Source: Spirochaetales bacterium
GTDB taxonomy: Bacteria > Spirochaetota > Spirochaetia > JABMQR01
Length of the DNA stretch: 64,000 bases
Assembly (NCBI GenBank): GCA_018399255.1
Contig: JAGYPA010000006.1
Location: 12,529 to 76,528, forward strand
Direction of reading: 5' to 3'
Below the pieces are notes generated by a model. The model had not been told where the DNA came from and did not search any database. It saw only the letters and a list, made by a program, of their open reading frames with translations. Position 1 is the stretch's first letter, and each line of letters opens with the position of its first letter. The position numbers and the translations under genes were made by a program. Shown here in pieces: positions 18,674-27,970 of the stretch.

Positions 18674-18702
18674 GGTGTCGGACACCCTGAATGCTGCTTC
18701 AG
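18674..18702. repeat. GGTGTCNGACACC palindrome element with conserved 3' extension
   Basis: GGTGTCGGACACCCTGAATGCTGCTTCAG resembles 17668-17696 (GGTGTCTGACACCCTGAGTGCTGCAGTGG) in the same orientation. Confidence 0.75.
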
Positions 18703-18705
18703 ACG

Positions 18706-19779
18706 TCATTTTTTGCCGTACTTGATGCCGGCCTCAATGAATGCAATGTAATTGTCGATCAGGCGGTCATTTGGGATCGGGGTCGTAGGGGCCACAGAGG
18801 GGAGAGAATAAAGCGGCCGGTTCTTCCCTCCTGTATCGCATTTTTAACCTGCAAGTCGATGGCTGACGGCTCCAGACTGCAGAGATCGCTGTATTGTATA
18901 TTGCCGATAAGCACCGTTTTCACCGAGCACCCTGCGGGCTTCAGAAATCGTACAATCTCCCATCGGCGGGCTTTATCGTATGCAGTCCATCCATTCCGAT
19001 ATGCTTCATGCCATTGAGAACCTGGGACAGGTTCCCATGGTAATGGACTATCGACCATTTCCCATAGGAACGGACAAGATCAACGAGCCCTTCACATAGC
19101 GAGCGCTCATTTGGTTGAACTTTGTCGGGAGATACCAGCGGAGGTCCAGCAAATTCAGCTCCTACACGAAAAGACCTCACTGACATCTGTCACCGAGAAA
19201 ATACCGGTACCAATCGTAGACCCGCCGGTGCATTTCCATCGGTAAATTCGATAATCCTGTCATATTCGGTTATAGAAAAGATGGAAAATCCTCAGCACTC
19301 ATTGTATGGAGCACTTCAAGCGATCCCCGAGATTATGCCATCATCAGTCCTCGGCTTCCAGCTCATCTGCGATAGTAGGCCGACAGATCCGGCCGTGTGC
19401 AGGGGCTGATAGGGCATTTCCAGATGATATCGGAACCCCGATCGATTTTTGCCTCAGTGAATCTACCCGTGCCCGGTACTGGTCCGGGTAATCGATCGGA
19501 AAGCTTCGGCTTTCCGCAGGAAACGGTTTCCCGCAGCTCGGCTCCATTGACCGATTCGGTCTCCTTATGCACAGTAACAGCATCACTTGCTGAATAGCAG
19601 AATCCCCGGCAACAGTAGGCGAAGGTCAAAGGTATCGCAGTACCGTTCGATATAGGGATCAGCCGGGCATAGCCTGGTCTGCGGTAGATATCGGGTACCA
19701 GGGTATGGGATGATACCGGAGCAAGCAGCCAGATCGGGATTCTGTCAACTTCATCTCCCCGAATAGTCGCTGCAGTCTT
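18706..19779 (-). pseudogene. uroporphyrinogen-decarboxylase (URO-D) family protein, start lost and multiply frameshifted
   Basis: The frame opens directly after the upstream stop with no start codon: KTAATIRGDEVDRIPIWLLAP. Later blocks lie in different frames: CEGLVDLVRSYGKWSIVHYHGNLSQVLNGMKHIGMDGLHTIKP, IGNIQYSDLCSLEPSAIDLQVKNAIQEGRTGRFILSP, DRLIDNYIAFIEAGIKYGKK*. Confidence 0.5.
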
Positions 19780-20201
19780 TCACGGCTTTTCTATCGGCTT
19801 CAATAAGACTCGTATTTCGAACAGTTCGTAGTTTTCACTGCCCCAAGTCTCGGTCAGGTCTATTCGTATTTTTCTGGTAGAATACGGTTTATTGAGCTTG
19901 TGGACTGCCATACGCTTGATATTGCTGCTGATGCCGACGGTTTTTTCCCCATTTTCATCATTGTCTATTGAGATTGTGTATCCGCGTATTTTGGGTTCCG
20001 GGGGCATCTGCTCCTTGAGAAATATGCCGTGGTGGTCGGAAAAACTTTCGCCTTGAGGTTCACCCTTTCGCTGCTCAGATCAGGCTGAAATAGAGCCGGA
20101 TTTCCTCGATGGTTGTCGGTTCCGCCATTTGCACTCAATCCAGGCTGAACTGCAGGCACGACATCCAGATATTTGGGCCGCCATAGGGTCTGTTATAGCC
20201 G
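19780..20201 (-). pseudogene. detached C-terminal (discoidin/F5-8-type-C-like) region of the upstream oxidoreductase, frameshifted
   Basis: Readable only by frame hopping: GFTCASSNLNNGYNRPYGGPNIW, AEPTTIEEIRLYF, LSSERVNLKAKVFPTTTAYF, then ORF 19780-20007 (IRGYTISIDNDENGEKTV...IRIDLTETWGSENYELFEIRV). Confidence 0.45.
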
Positions 20202-22151
20202 TTATTCAGATTTGAGCTGGCGCAGGTGAAGCCGGAATTTGTCCGACCTGCCCGAGGTGCCCGCTTTCCCAGCTTGGGCCTTCTCCTGCCGAGACCCTGA
20301 AGCAGGGATTGTGCAATTGCTTTCTTCCCGGAATCTTCCGGTAAAGCCGGTAAAGCTTTTCCCACTGCATCGCAGAGAAACGTGTTCGGCGGCATGGAGT
20401 ATGATAATATAACTGCGTCCCGGGCTGTTCGCTTCACCCGGGTCAGAGCGGTCTGTAGCGGGTGCATCTTCCAGAGTATCTGTTTCCTGCAGAGGCTCGC
20501 TGGTCTTCTCCAGAAGCTCGCTGGTCTTCTCCAGAGGCTCCAGGGTCTCCAATGGAATTGGAATCCACTGATCGCTGCCGGCCTCCAGCTGCAGACAGCC
20601 TGTCCGGATCTTCCTGCCCGGTCTGAATCCCGCCATATTTTCACACTCATGCATCGATATCTCAAGTCCGGCACCATCTTTCACCCCATGCGCTGCATCA
20701 AAGTTGAGGATCAGCTCAGCATCGCCCAGCTCGGGAAAAAGGAAGATAAAGTCGTCCTCGAGCGGCAGGGTCTCGTCGCAGGTATCAAGCACCAGAGGAC
20801 GTGTGGATGATGCCCTGATGACTGCGCCAAGGGCCAGATCGTTTATATCAGTATGAGCAAAGCCCGGTATGAACATATCGTTTTTGACCAGATTTTCCTG
20901 AAGCTCCCTGATATGGTGTGTATTGATCTGGTGGTGGGTTTTATCGAGATTATGCATAAAGACGGCTGCGGCTCCGGCTGCCTGTCCGAGCAGGGCGCAG
21001 GTATTCATGATACGCGTTGATGCAAAGGCGAGATGACTGGTGCTGGCCAGACGTCCGGTAAAAAGCAGATTGCTTACCTTCCGGGTATAGAGGCTTCTCA
21101 TCGGAATGGAGAAGACAGACACGGGAAACTGCTGGCAGTGTTCCTCGTTAGAGTAGATGCCGCCAGGCGGGTGGAAATCGACATACCATCCCCCATAGGA
21201 GATGCCGTCTTCAAAATAGTTGCCGCTTTCTATATCATTGAGGGTCAGAACATGCTCCCCCTTCAGGCGCCGGGATTCCCGCTTGCACGGCAAGGATCCT
21301 ACCCACTCGAGCGTCAGATTGTCGGCAGGGAATTCACCGCTGTTCTTGATATAGTCCCACAATCCAAAAACGATCTTTTTCAGTTCGAGCGCAATATCCT
21401 GATTGTTGCCGATCGTGTCCATCATTCCGCCGTGTTCGATCCACCAGTAATCGGTTCCGCTCATCCGCTCATGCACTACCCGTCCGCCCTTGCCGATGAG
21501 ATTGCGAACCTGATCTCTGGTATAGGCATATTTCGGCACTATATAGCGTACCGGATGTCTGGCTTCACGGGTGTGGAACAGTATCGAACTGCCAAGTTTC
21601 AGGTCATCGCTCTGTTCAGGGGCCAATCGTTCCCCATAGACCTCTCTGCCTTCCCGGCCGTCGGCGAATGCTGCTCCAGCCAGATAGCCGGTAGTCCCGT
21701 CACCGGACGCATCGATGAATACGGGGCTGGTAAAACGCAGATATTTCTCTGTTCCCTGCTGGTACCCGGACACACTCTGTATCCGGGTTGTTCCTTTCAT
21801 TGCTGTCTCGCTTATATGGGTGTTGAGATAGAGGTCGATAAGCGGTTCGGCATAGACGAAATCGTAAAGGACTTCATCCCAGAGGATGACGTTACCCTGA
21901 GGGTTGCGATAGAGGTTTTCCAGCTTCATCTCACCTAGAATCCCCATCTCCTCTGAATAGATGTTTTCTCCGCCCGTAGAGCCTCTGGTCCACATGCGCA
22001 TCTCGCTGCTTGAGTTTCCTCCGAGAACCGGCCGGTTATTGATCAGGGCAACGGAGAGTCCCTGCCGGGCTGCCGCAATAGCGGCGCATATGCCGGACAA
22101 TCCGGCCCCTATAACTGTCAGGTCTTTTTTAATAGTAGTCATACGTTTCAA
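20202..22151 (-). CDS. FAD-dependent oxidoreductase (FAD_oxidored/PF12831-like)
   Basis: 649-aa ORF. The N-terminal dinucleotide fold reads DLTVIGAGLSGICAAIAAARQGLSVALINNRPVLGGNSSSE. The last ~80 residues look out of frame (R/S-rich), consistent with the shifts described for 19780-20201. Confidence 0.8.
   Translation of the reverse strand: MKRMTTIKKDLTVIGAGLSGICAAIAAARQGLSVALINNRPVLGGNSSSEMRMWTRGSTGGENIYSEEMGILGEMKLENLYRNPQGNVILWDEVLYDFVYAEPLIDLYLNTHISETAMKGTTRIQSVSGYQQGTEKYLRFTSPVFIDASGDGTTGYLAGAAFADGREGREVYGERLAPEQSDDLKLGSSILFHTREARHPVRYIVPKYAYTRDQVRNLIGKGGRVVHERMSGTDYWWIEHGGMMDTIGNNQDIALELKKIVFGLWDYIKNSGEFPADNLTLEWVGSLPCKRESRRLKGEHVLTLNDIESGNYFEDGISYGGWYVDFHPPGGIYSNEEHCQQFPVSVFSIPMRSLYTRKVSNLLFTGRLASTSHLAFASTRIMNTCALLGQAAGAAAVFMHNLDKTHHQINTHHIRELQENLVKNDMFIPGFAHTDINDLALGAVIRASSTRPLVLDTCDETLPLEDDFIFLFPELGDAELILNFDAAHGVKDGAGLEISMHECENMAGFRPGRKIRTGCLQLEAGSDQWIPIPLETLEPLEKTSELLEKTSEPLQETDTLEDAPATDRSDPGEANSPGRSYIIILHAAEHVSLRCSGKSFTGFTGRFREESNCTIPASGSRQEKAQAGKAGTSGRSDKFRLHLRQLKSE
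20490..20550 (-). repeat. in-frame 21-nt tandem repeat (LEKTSE units)
   Basis: CTCGCTGGTCTTCTCCAGARG occurs twice, plus a partial copy, inside CDS 20202-22151. Confidence 0.8.
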
Positions 22152-22935
22152 TTATTCCTTTGATGGTATGTTTCCCGATGTTTGCTGCCGCTTCCGTGCT
22201 CAGGCTGTTCAGGATGGATCTGTAGGCAGGCATCCAGTCGGCCTGGACGGAATAGCTGTCGGTCATGTCTGTTCCGAAAAGAAATCTGCTGCTGAAACGC
22301 TCCAGGAGTTCAAGCCAGCTCTCTTCGCGCAGGTATACGGGTGATATTTTCCAGAGTGATATATCGAAGCTGAGATTGGGAAAAGTTTCCAGCAGCCGGG
22401 TTATATAGCCGATATCGGCCTCTTTTCCTCCATATATTTCGAGAAACTGATAGGCTGTGTGCGGGCAGATGATCCGGGTATCGGGACAGGCTTGCAGCAG
22501 CTTCTCAAACTGCTGCATATAGGGGGTATCGACGTGGCTGAGAACGGAGCTTGATGCTCGGCAAGGCTGCAGAGTTCCCGACTGCCGGATCATCGAGATG
22601 TATATCTGCAAATAGGAGCTGATGGAACACTTCATGTCCAAAGGAGTTCGCCGATTCCTTGAATATTCCGCTTTCAAGACAACGGCTGACGTATTCGAGG
22701 AAATCGGGACGGGTTATATCGATGTCTGTTATGTAGGGGATTATCCTATCCGGATGAGCGGTGAACAGGTGTTCTATCTGGTATCCTGAGCCTGCTGGTC
22801 GAACTGGCAATCCATGATACCCGAAAAGCACTGTCTGCTCGATGCCGTCGCGATTCATCTCTTCCAGCATTTCAGTCGCGGAGGATTTTCCCAGGGTAAA
22901 ATGGCGGTGAGAATCTACTGTCCTGTCATGTGCTC
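22129..22935 (-). pseudogene. amidohydrolase-2 (TIM-barrel metal hydrolase) family gene split by frameshifts
   Basis: Two overlapping ORFs (22505-22870 and 22129-22677) together read VDSHRHF...GIEQTVLFGYHG...//...RIICPHTAY...PNLSFDISL...RFLFGTDM. The VDSHRHF block has no in-frame start. ATGACAGGACAG-TAG lies one frame off. Confidence 0.6.
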
Positions 22936-23349
22936 ACCTGGTATATTGATGCTGCCGTGTAATCCCGAAACTCCTTGACGGCTACCCGGTAGGTGTCGTA
23001 TTCGAGGTCTTTCGCAGCTTGACGGGGAAGGGGAAGCCGCCATTGAACCCGAACTGCCGGTTATCGGCTTCTCCAGCAGATACCATTCCCGGTCGAACGA
23101 ACCCAGCACACATTTTCCACTATAATAATAGATGAGCATCTCCATTCGCAAGGGTTTTGTCAACTCCGCAAGCATCACCTGGACGCAGGCTTCTGCATCA
23201 GAAGGAAAAATTGACGATAGGTGATGAATGCCGAGCCGCCGGATTCTGGCAGACCAGATGCATGGATTTTCCCTGCGGGGTAAGTTCCGTCTGCTCCGGG
23301 CGCATCACCATTTCCCAGTGACTCCAAAGAATTTCCACCAGACCGGGGT

Positions 23350-24759
23350 TCAGCCCGCCCTTCGCTGGGGTTCAGCCCGGGTTTCGGTTCGGGGTTCAGC
23401 CCGGGCTTCTCTCGGAATAATCCCAGGAAGTAGATCTGCCGCAGTACTGATAATCAGTTCCCCGAATCTGCGCCAGTCCTGCGGATTCAGGAGTCTGGGG
23501 GTGCTGTCATAGTGGTAGCTGGTCTCCACCGTAAAGGAGGGTATTCCGTAGGTGCGTGCATGATATGCGGTTGAATTATGCTGGTAGGCTGCCTTGGACC
23601 AGTTGACGGCATTGGAATCGAGATCTTCCCGACGGCAGGTGGTAAACGGCGCAGCGGCCGACTCAAGATGTTCGTAATAGGACCAGATTCGTTGATAGAC
23701 AGGTGTGTCGTACAGGGCCGCCCTGACGGGGACCAGATAGGTGGAACCTCCCGGCTGGGGAGCATGCAGATCGATATACAGGCTGATTGGATGCTTATCA
23801 GCTTCCAGTCGTTTTTCCAGGTTTTTTATCAGCCTGATCTCGATATGCTCCGGCCGACTGCTCCAGTCCCGGTTCATATCGACCGGCGGGCGGTCTTTGC
23901 CGTAGCGGCCGTTCTGTACGCCGTCAAAATCGACAAAGGGTACCGCAAGCAGCTTCAAATTACGGAAGAGGGGATCATCCTGTGCAAGCTTTTCCAGGAA
24001 TGCGCTGATAACTCCTTCCAGCACGAAGGATCCGGGAACTTCACCAGCGTGATGGCGGGCGGTAACTGCCACAGTTTTTTTTGCACCGGGATTCTTTCCA
24101 ACCGCTGTGAGTACCGGATAGGCTCGCCCTTCCCCGCTAGAATCAAGATATTCAAGGGTAAAATAATCTCGATAGGGGTTCATGCGGTCGAGAAACCGAA
24201 GAAAATCGGGAAGCACATAGGGAAAGCAGAAGGCTACGTACAGGGTATCAGCCCTGGCTGTTACGGTGAACGAATATTCACGGACCTGAGACTGATGGGG
24301 GTGGGGGTCGGAGCCGGGATGAAGGGAAAAATGGACCTGCTCGGGCGGGATTCGTTCCCAACCCCCGGAAGCCGCCGCGTCAGCATCAACCTGGGAAGCC
24401 TTTCCGATTCCGGTTCCACCGCCGATTTCGGTTCCACCGCCATGTCTGACTACCGGACAGGTGTATCCGTAGCCTCGTGATTCATCAATCCCCAATACCA
24501 GCTCGAGTTCTTTCTGATGAAAATGGAGGGTGCGGCCTTTGAGCCCGGTTGAAGCATCAGCCCCAGCTGCGGTATCAGCTCCAGCTACGGTATCAGCTCC
24601 AGCTACGGTATCAGCTCCAGCTACGGTTACCCGGAAGCAATACCAGAGGCTGCGCGGACTCCCGCTGCAGGGAGCGGTAAAATGGATCGTATCGGCATCA
24701 ACTATCGTGACTTCACCGACAGCACCGCCGGGAAAATTTGCATCGACTTTCAATTTCAT
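23350..24759 (-). CDS. M14-family zinc carboxypeptidase-like protein (cytosolic-carboxypeptidase-type N-domain)
   Basis: 469-aa ORF with HHAGEVPGSFVLEG and FVDFDGVQNGRYGKDRPPVDMNRDW (M14 zinc and substrate motifs). It lies 4 nt downstream of the permease gene and carries two internal tandem repeats. Confidence 0.8.
   Translation of the reverse strand: MKLKVDANFPGGAVGEVTIVDADTIHFTAPCSGSPRSLWYCFRVTVAGADTVAGADTVAGADTAAGADASTGLKGRTLHFHQKELELVLGIDESRGYGYTCPVVRHGGGTEIGGGTGIGKASQVDADAAASGGWERIPPEQVHFSLHPGSDPHPHQSQVREYSFTVTARADTLYVAFCFPYVLPDFLRFLDRMNPYRDYFTLEYLDSSGEGRAYPVLTAVGKNPGAKKTVAVTARHHAGEVPGSFVLEGVISAFLEKLAQDDPLFRNLKLLAVPFVDFDGVQNGRYGKDRPPVDMNRDWSSRPEHIEIRLIKNLEKRLEADKHPISLYIDLHAPQPGGSTYLVPVRAALYDTPVYQRIWSYYEHLESAAAPFTTCRREDLDSNAVNWSKAAYQHNSTAYHARTYGIPSFTVETSYHYDSTPRLLNPQDWRRFGELIISTAADLLPGIIPREARAEPRTETRAEPQRRAG
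24553..24626 (-). repeat. in-frame 18-nt tandem repeat x4 (VAGADT units)
   Basis: Plus-strand GGTATCAGCTCCAGCTAC occurs three times, plus one variant, inside the M14 CDS. Confidence 0.9.
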
Positions 24760-24763
24760 GGCA

Positions 24764-25597
24764 TTATCCTTTGACAGCCCCGCTGGTCAGTCCCTGGATA
24801 AACATCTTCTGTGAGAGGATGAATATTACTGCCACGGGTATGGATACGAGGATGGCCGCGGTCATCATGCTGTTCCAGCTCGACTGGAATTCGCCGAAAT
24901 AGGTGAGAATAAGGCCGGGAGCCAGGGTGCGTTTTTCGGACGAGGTGATCAGGGTAAGGGAATAGAGTACATCATTCCAGGCCCAGATGAAGGAGTAGAT
25001 GGCAATTACAGCCAGTCCGGGCAGCGATATGGGAAATATCAGCGAATGCATGATCCGCAGGGTTCCGGCACCGTCAATTTTTCCTGATTCGATTATGGAA
25101 TTCGGGATCTGATCGAAATAGTTTTTGAGCGTGAGGGTGCCGATGGGAAGGGTAAAGGTTATGTATGCCAGAACAAGCGAGAGGTAGCTGTCACGAAGTC
25201 CGGCAAAGTTGATAATCTGGTAAATAGTCAGCAGCAGGATGGCATAAGGGAACAGCTGAGCACTGAGAAAGAGCAGCATAAGCAATCTCCGTCCCCGGTA
25301 CTTGAATTTGGAAAAGCTGTATCCGGCGTAGGCAGAGATGAACGTTGCCAGTATGCAGCTGGACCCGGCTACGATGAGGCTGTTCTTCATGAATAAGGGG
25401 ACTTTGGTGTTGGTTACGACATCGACAAAGTTTCCCAGCGTGATGTTCCTGGGAATAAAACGATAGTCAAATATATCGGCAGCCTGCTTCAGTGAGGTAT
25501 TGAACATCCAATAGAGGGGGAAGAAGACAAATATCGCCAATATTACAAAAAAAACGATGAAGAAAATTTTAAATCCGATCGGTCTTGAATCAAACAT
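24764..25597 (-). CDS. carbohydrate ABC transporter permease (MalG-like)
   Basis: 277-aa ORF with an EAA loop (ESGKIDGAGTLRIMHSLIFPISLPG) and 6 TM helices. Confidence 0.9.
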   Translation of the reverse strand: MFDSRPIGFKIFFIVFFVILAIFVFFPLYWMFNTSLKQAADIFDYRFIPRNITLGNFVDVVTNTKVPLFMKNSLIVAGSSCILATFISAYAGYSFSKFKYRGRRLLMLLFLSAQLFPYAILLLTIYQIINFAGLRDSYLSLVLAYITFTLPIGTLTLKNYFDQIPNSIIESGKIDGAGTLRIMHSLIFPISLPGLAVIAIYSFIWAWNDVLYSLTLITSSEKRTLAPGLILTYFGEFQSSWNSMMTAAILVSIPVAVIFILSQKMFIQGLTSGAVKG

Positions 25598-25650
25598 ATC
25601 GTGTCCCCAGTATAGAATCAGTTTCTCTTCTGTTAATCAGGTTTTTGGTA

Positions 25651-26541
25651 TTAATCGGTTTTGCGCCTGAGATAGAAATACCCGAATACCATGAGGATGC
25701 CGGTCCAGATGGTACCTACCGAAGCTGCCTCACCCAGTCTAAAACTGAGAAAAGCCTTATTGTAGACCTCTATGGACAGGGTGGTAGTTGCCCTGGCTGG
25801 TCCTCCCTCGGTCATTACCCACAGGAGATCGAAGTGCTGTATCGATCCGATAACCATCAGCAGTATGAGCATGGTGAGTACATTCTGTATCTCGGGCAGT
25901 ACAACATACCAGAAAACGCGTAGATTCCCGGCACCGTCAATGCGTGCCGATTCGATGGTTTCCAGATTGACAGCCTGGAGGGCTCCCAGTATGAAGGCCA
26001 TGGCAAAGGGAAGGGTCTGCCAGGTTTTAGCCGCCACTACCGAATAGAGAGCGGTATCTGGCCGGCCAAGCCACACGATGTTCTGCGAGCTGATGCCCAG
26101 AGTTATGAAGATATGGTTCAGGATGCCGTAGTGGCCGTGAAATATCCACATCCAGATGAAGCCGATGGCGGTGCTGGGGATTATCCAGCAGACCAGGGTG
26201 ATGCCGCGCAGTATGCCGGAACTCCGGAAGCTCTGGTTGAGCAGGATTGCCCAGATGAGTCCGCCGAAAAAGGGCAGCAGGGTTCCCAGCAGCACGAACA
26301 CTGCAGTATTCTTCAGGACCTGCGGAAAGTTGGGGTCGGAGAAAATTTTCACGTAGTTCTGGATTCCCACCCAGGAAAATCCTCTCCGCAGGAGGCTTCT
26401 ATCGGTAAAGCTCATGATTATTGAGTTTACAAAGGGATAGAGCACCACCAGAGAGAAGACAATAAGGGCCGGAACGGCCAGAAGCAGGCCGATCCGACTC
26501 TCTTTAAGCGCATACCTGTTGGTTCCGCTTACTGTTTTCAT
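25651..26541 (-). CDS. sugar ABC transporter permease (MalF-like)
   Basis: 296-aa ORF with an EAA loop (ESARIDGAGNLRVFWYVVLPEI). It overlaps the SBP gene by 4 nt. Confidence 0.9.
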   Translation of the reverse strand: MKTVSGTNRYALKESRIGLLLAVPALIVFSLVVLYPFVNSIIMSFTDRSLLRRGFSWVGIQNYVKIFSDPNFPQVLKNTAVFVLLGTLLPFFGGLIWAILLNQSFRSSGILRGITLVCWIIPSTAIGFIWMWIFHGHYGILNHIFITLGISSQNIVWLGRPDTALYSVVAAKTWQTLPFAMAFILGALQAVNLETIESARIDGAGNLRVFWYVVLPEIQNVLTMLILLMVIGSIQHFDLLWVMTEGGPARATTTLSIEVYNKAFLSFRLGEAASVGTIWTGILMVFGYFYLRRKTD

Positions 26542-27803
26542 CTAATAGCGCCTTCAATTCTTGTCTTTGCATCTTTCATGGCTACAGCTGGTGTTTTCGA
26601 GCTGATAAGGGCGGCCTGAAGTTCTTCCGCGATTATCTTGGTCAGTTCATCAGCCTGGGCGTAGGCGTTAAGTTCGGACATTTTGCCGTACTTGGTTATT
26701 TCCACCCATTTGCTTGACCATTCATCATTCTGAACCATCGGATTTGCCATGGCTTTCTTGATTACCGGCAGCATTCCTGTTTTTGCAAAGTATTTGAGGG
26801 ACATTTCCTCACCGACAATATGTTTGATAAAATCGGCTGCCTGCTGTTTGTCGGCGGTATTTCTGCTGATCTGGAGAAGGTGTCCCCAGAGACTCGACTG
26901 CGGTGCATCTCCCGCTTTCAGGACGGGCAGGAGCATGGGCTGGATGGTGCTTGCCAGTTCATTCTCGGGTACCCCATTGGTTGCCGCTATGCCTTCGGCC
27001 ATTATGGCATCATGATAAAAGGCCACCTGTTTTCTGGCATAGATGGTCCGCAGGTCGAACCGGTCCATGTCCATCTGGATGTAGCCTTTGTCGGCAAGGC
27101 TCTTGAGCCAGGTGAGAGCTTTTACTGCTTCGGCGCTGTCTATGGTCACATTTCCGGCTTCGTCAAATACTGCTCCGCCGAAGGTCCAGAGCCAGGGCAG
27201 GAAGTCCGCGGTCAAGGTTGTACCTTTGGTGCAGAATCCGTAGGCTATCAGGGATGGATCGTAGGCTTTGATTTTTGCCAGGGCGCTTTCAAATTCCGCT
27301 GTTGTCTGGGGAATTTTTGTCACTCCGGCAGCTTCAAGGATAGTCGGGTTATAGAGCGTACCGATGGATGCCAGGGTCCAGGGAAGAGCTTTGAGTTCTC
27401 CGTCTATCATTCCTGCAGACAGGGCACTTTCTTCGAAATTTTCTTCAAGCCACTGCTTATCGAAAACGTCGCTGAGTTCCAGGACTCCATCCATTTCATC
27501 CATTGCCAGAGCCCAGGAAAAGCCGACCTGAAGGACATCCAGGGCTTCTCCTCCCTCTGTGCGTATAATGAGCTGCTCAAAGGTCTTGTCCCAGGGCCAG
27601 CCTACCCATTTTGCCGTGTATCCTGTATCTTTGGCATTCCAGGTGTCTATCATCTCGTCGATAATCGGGCGTGAATTCGCTTCTTCTCCGGCCCATCCGG
27701 CAAAGACGATTTCTTGTGGTTTTTCCTCTGCAGCTTGTGAGAAAAGTGGCAGGGCAGTCAGCATTATGCAGAGCATAAGGGAAACTACTTTCGCGATTTT
27801 CAT
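26538..27803 (-). CDS. ABC transporter sugar-binding protein (family 1 SBP)
   Basis: 421-aa ORF with GGAGGA upstream and the signal peptide MKIAKVVSLMLCIMLTALPLFSQA. Confidence 0.9.
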   Translation of the reverse strand: MKIAKVVSLMLCIMLTALPLFSQAAEEKPQEIVFAGWAGEEANSRPIIDEMIDTWNAKDTGYTAKWVGWPWDKTFEQLIIRTEGGEALDVLQVGFSWALAMDEMDGVLELSDVFDKQWLEENFEESALSAGMIDGELKALPWTLASIGTLYNPTILEAAGVTKIPQTTAEFESALAKIKAYDPSLIAYGFCTKGTTLTADFLPWLWTFGGAVFDEAGNVTIDSAEAVKALTWLKSLADKGYIQMDMDRFDLRTIYARKQVAFYHDAIMAEGIAATNGVPENELASTIQPMLLPVLKAGDAPQSSLWGHLLQISRNTADKQQAADFIKHIVGEEMSLKYFAKTGMLPVIKKAMANPMVQNDEWSSKWVEITKYGKMSELNAYAQADELTKIIAEELQAALISSKTPAVAMKDAKTRIEGAIR

Positions 27804-27970
27804 ATCAGAATCCTCCTTCTAAATTATCATCAGCTACGCTGATGTCAGGTTTCTATTTGAATTACTGGTGCCGGTGGTCTGCTGATACTGGTGGGCACCT
27901 GCAGGTCGGCATCTGCTCCTTTCAATGTTCTGGTTGGCATCTGCTAGTTGGATCCCAGGAGCCGGGCGTC

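Noticed and set aside
22940-23349. Region between the M14 peptidase and the amidohydrolase pseudogene, with ORF 22915-23178 and other frame fragments
   Set aside because: Plausible peptide stretches such as MVMRPEQTELTPQGKSMHLVCQ and EMLIYYYSGKCVLGSFDREWYLLEKP occur in three frames. I cannot assign a family or a continuous frame. It is probably another broken gene but is not supportable as a feature.
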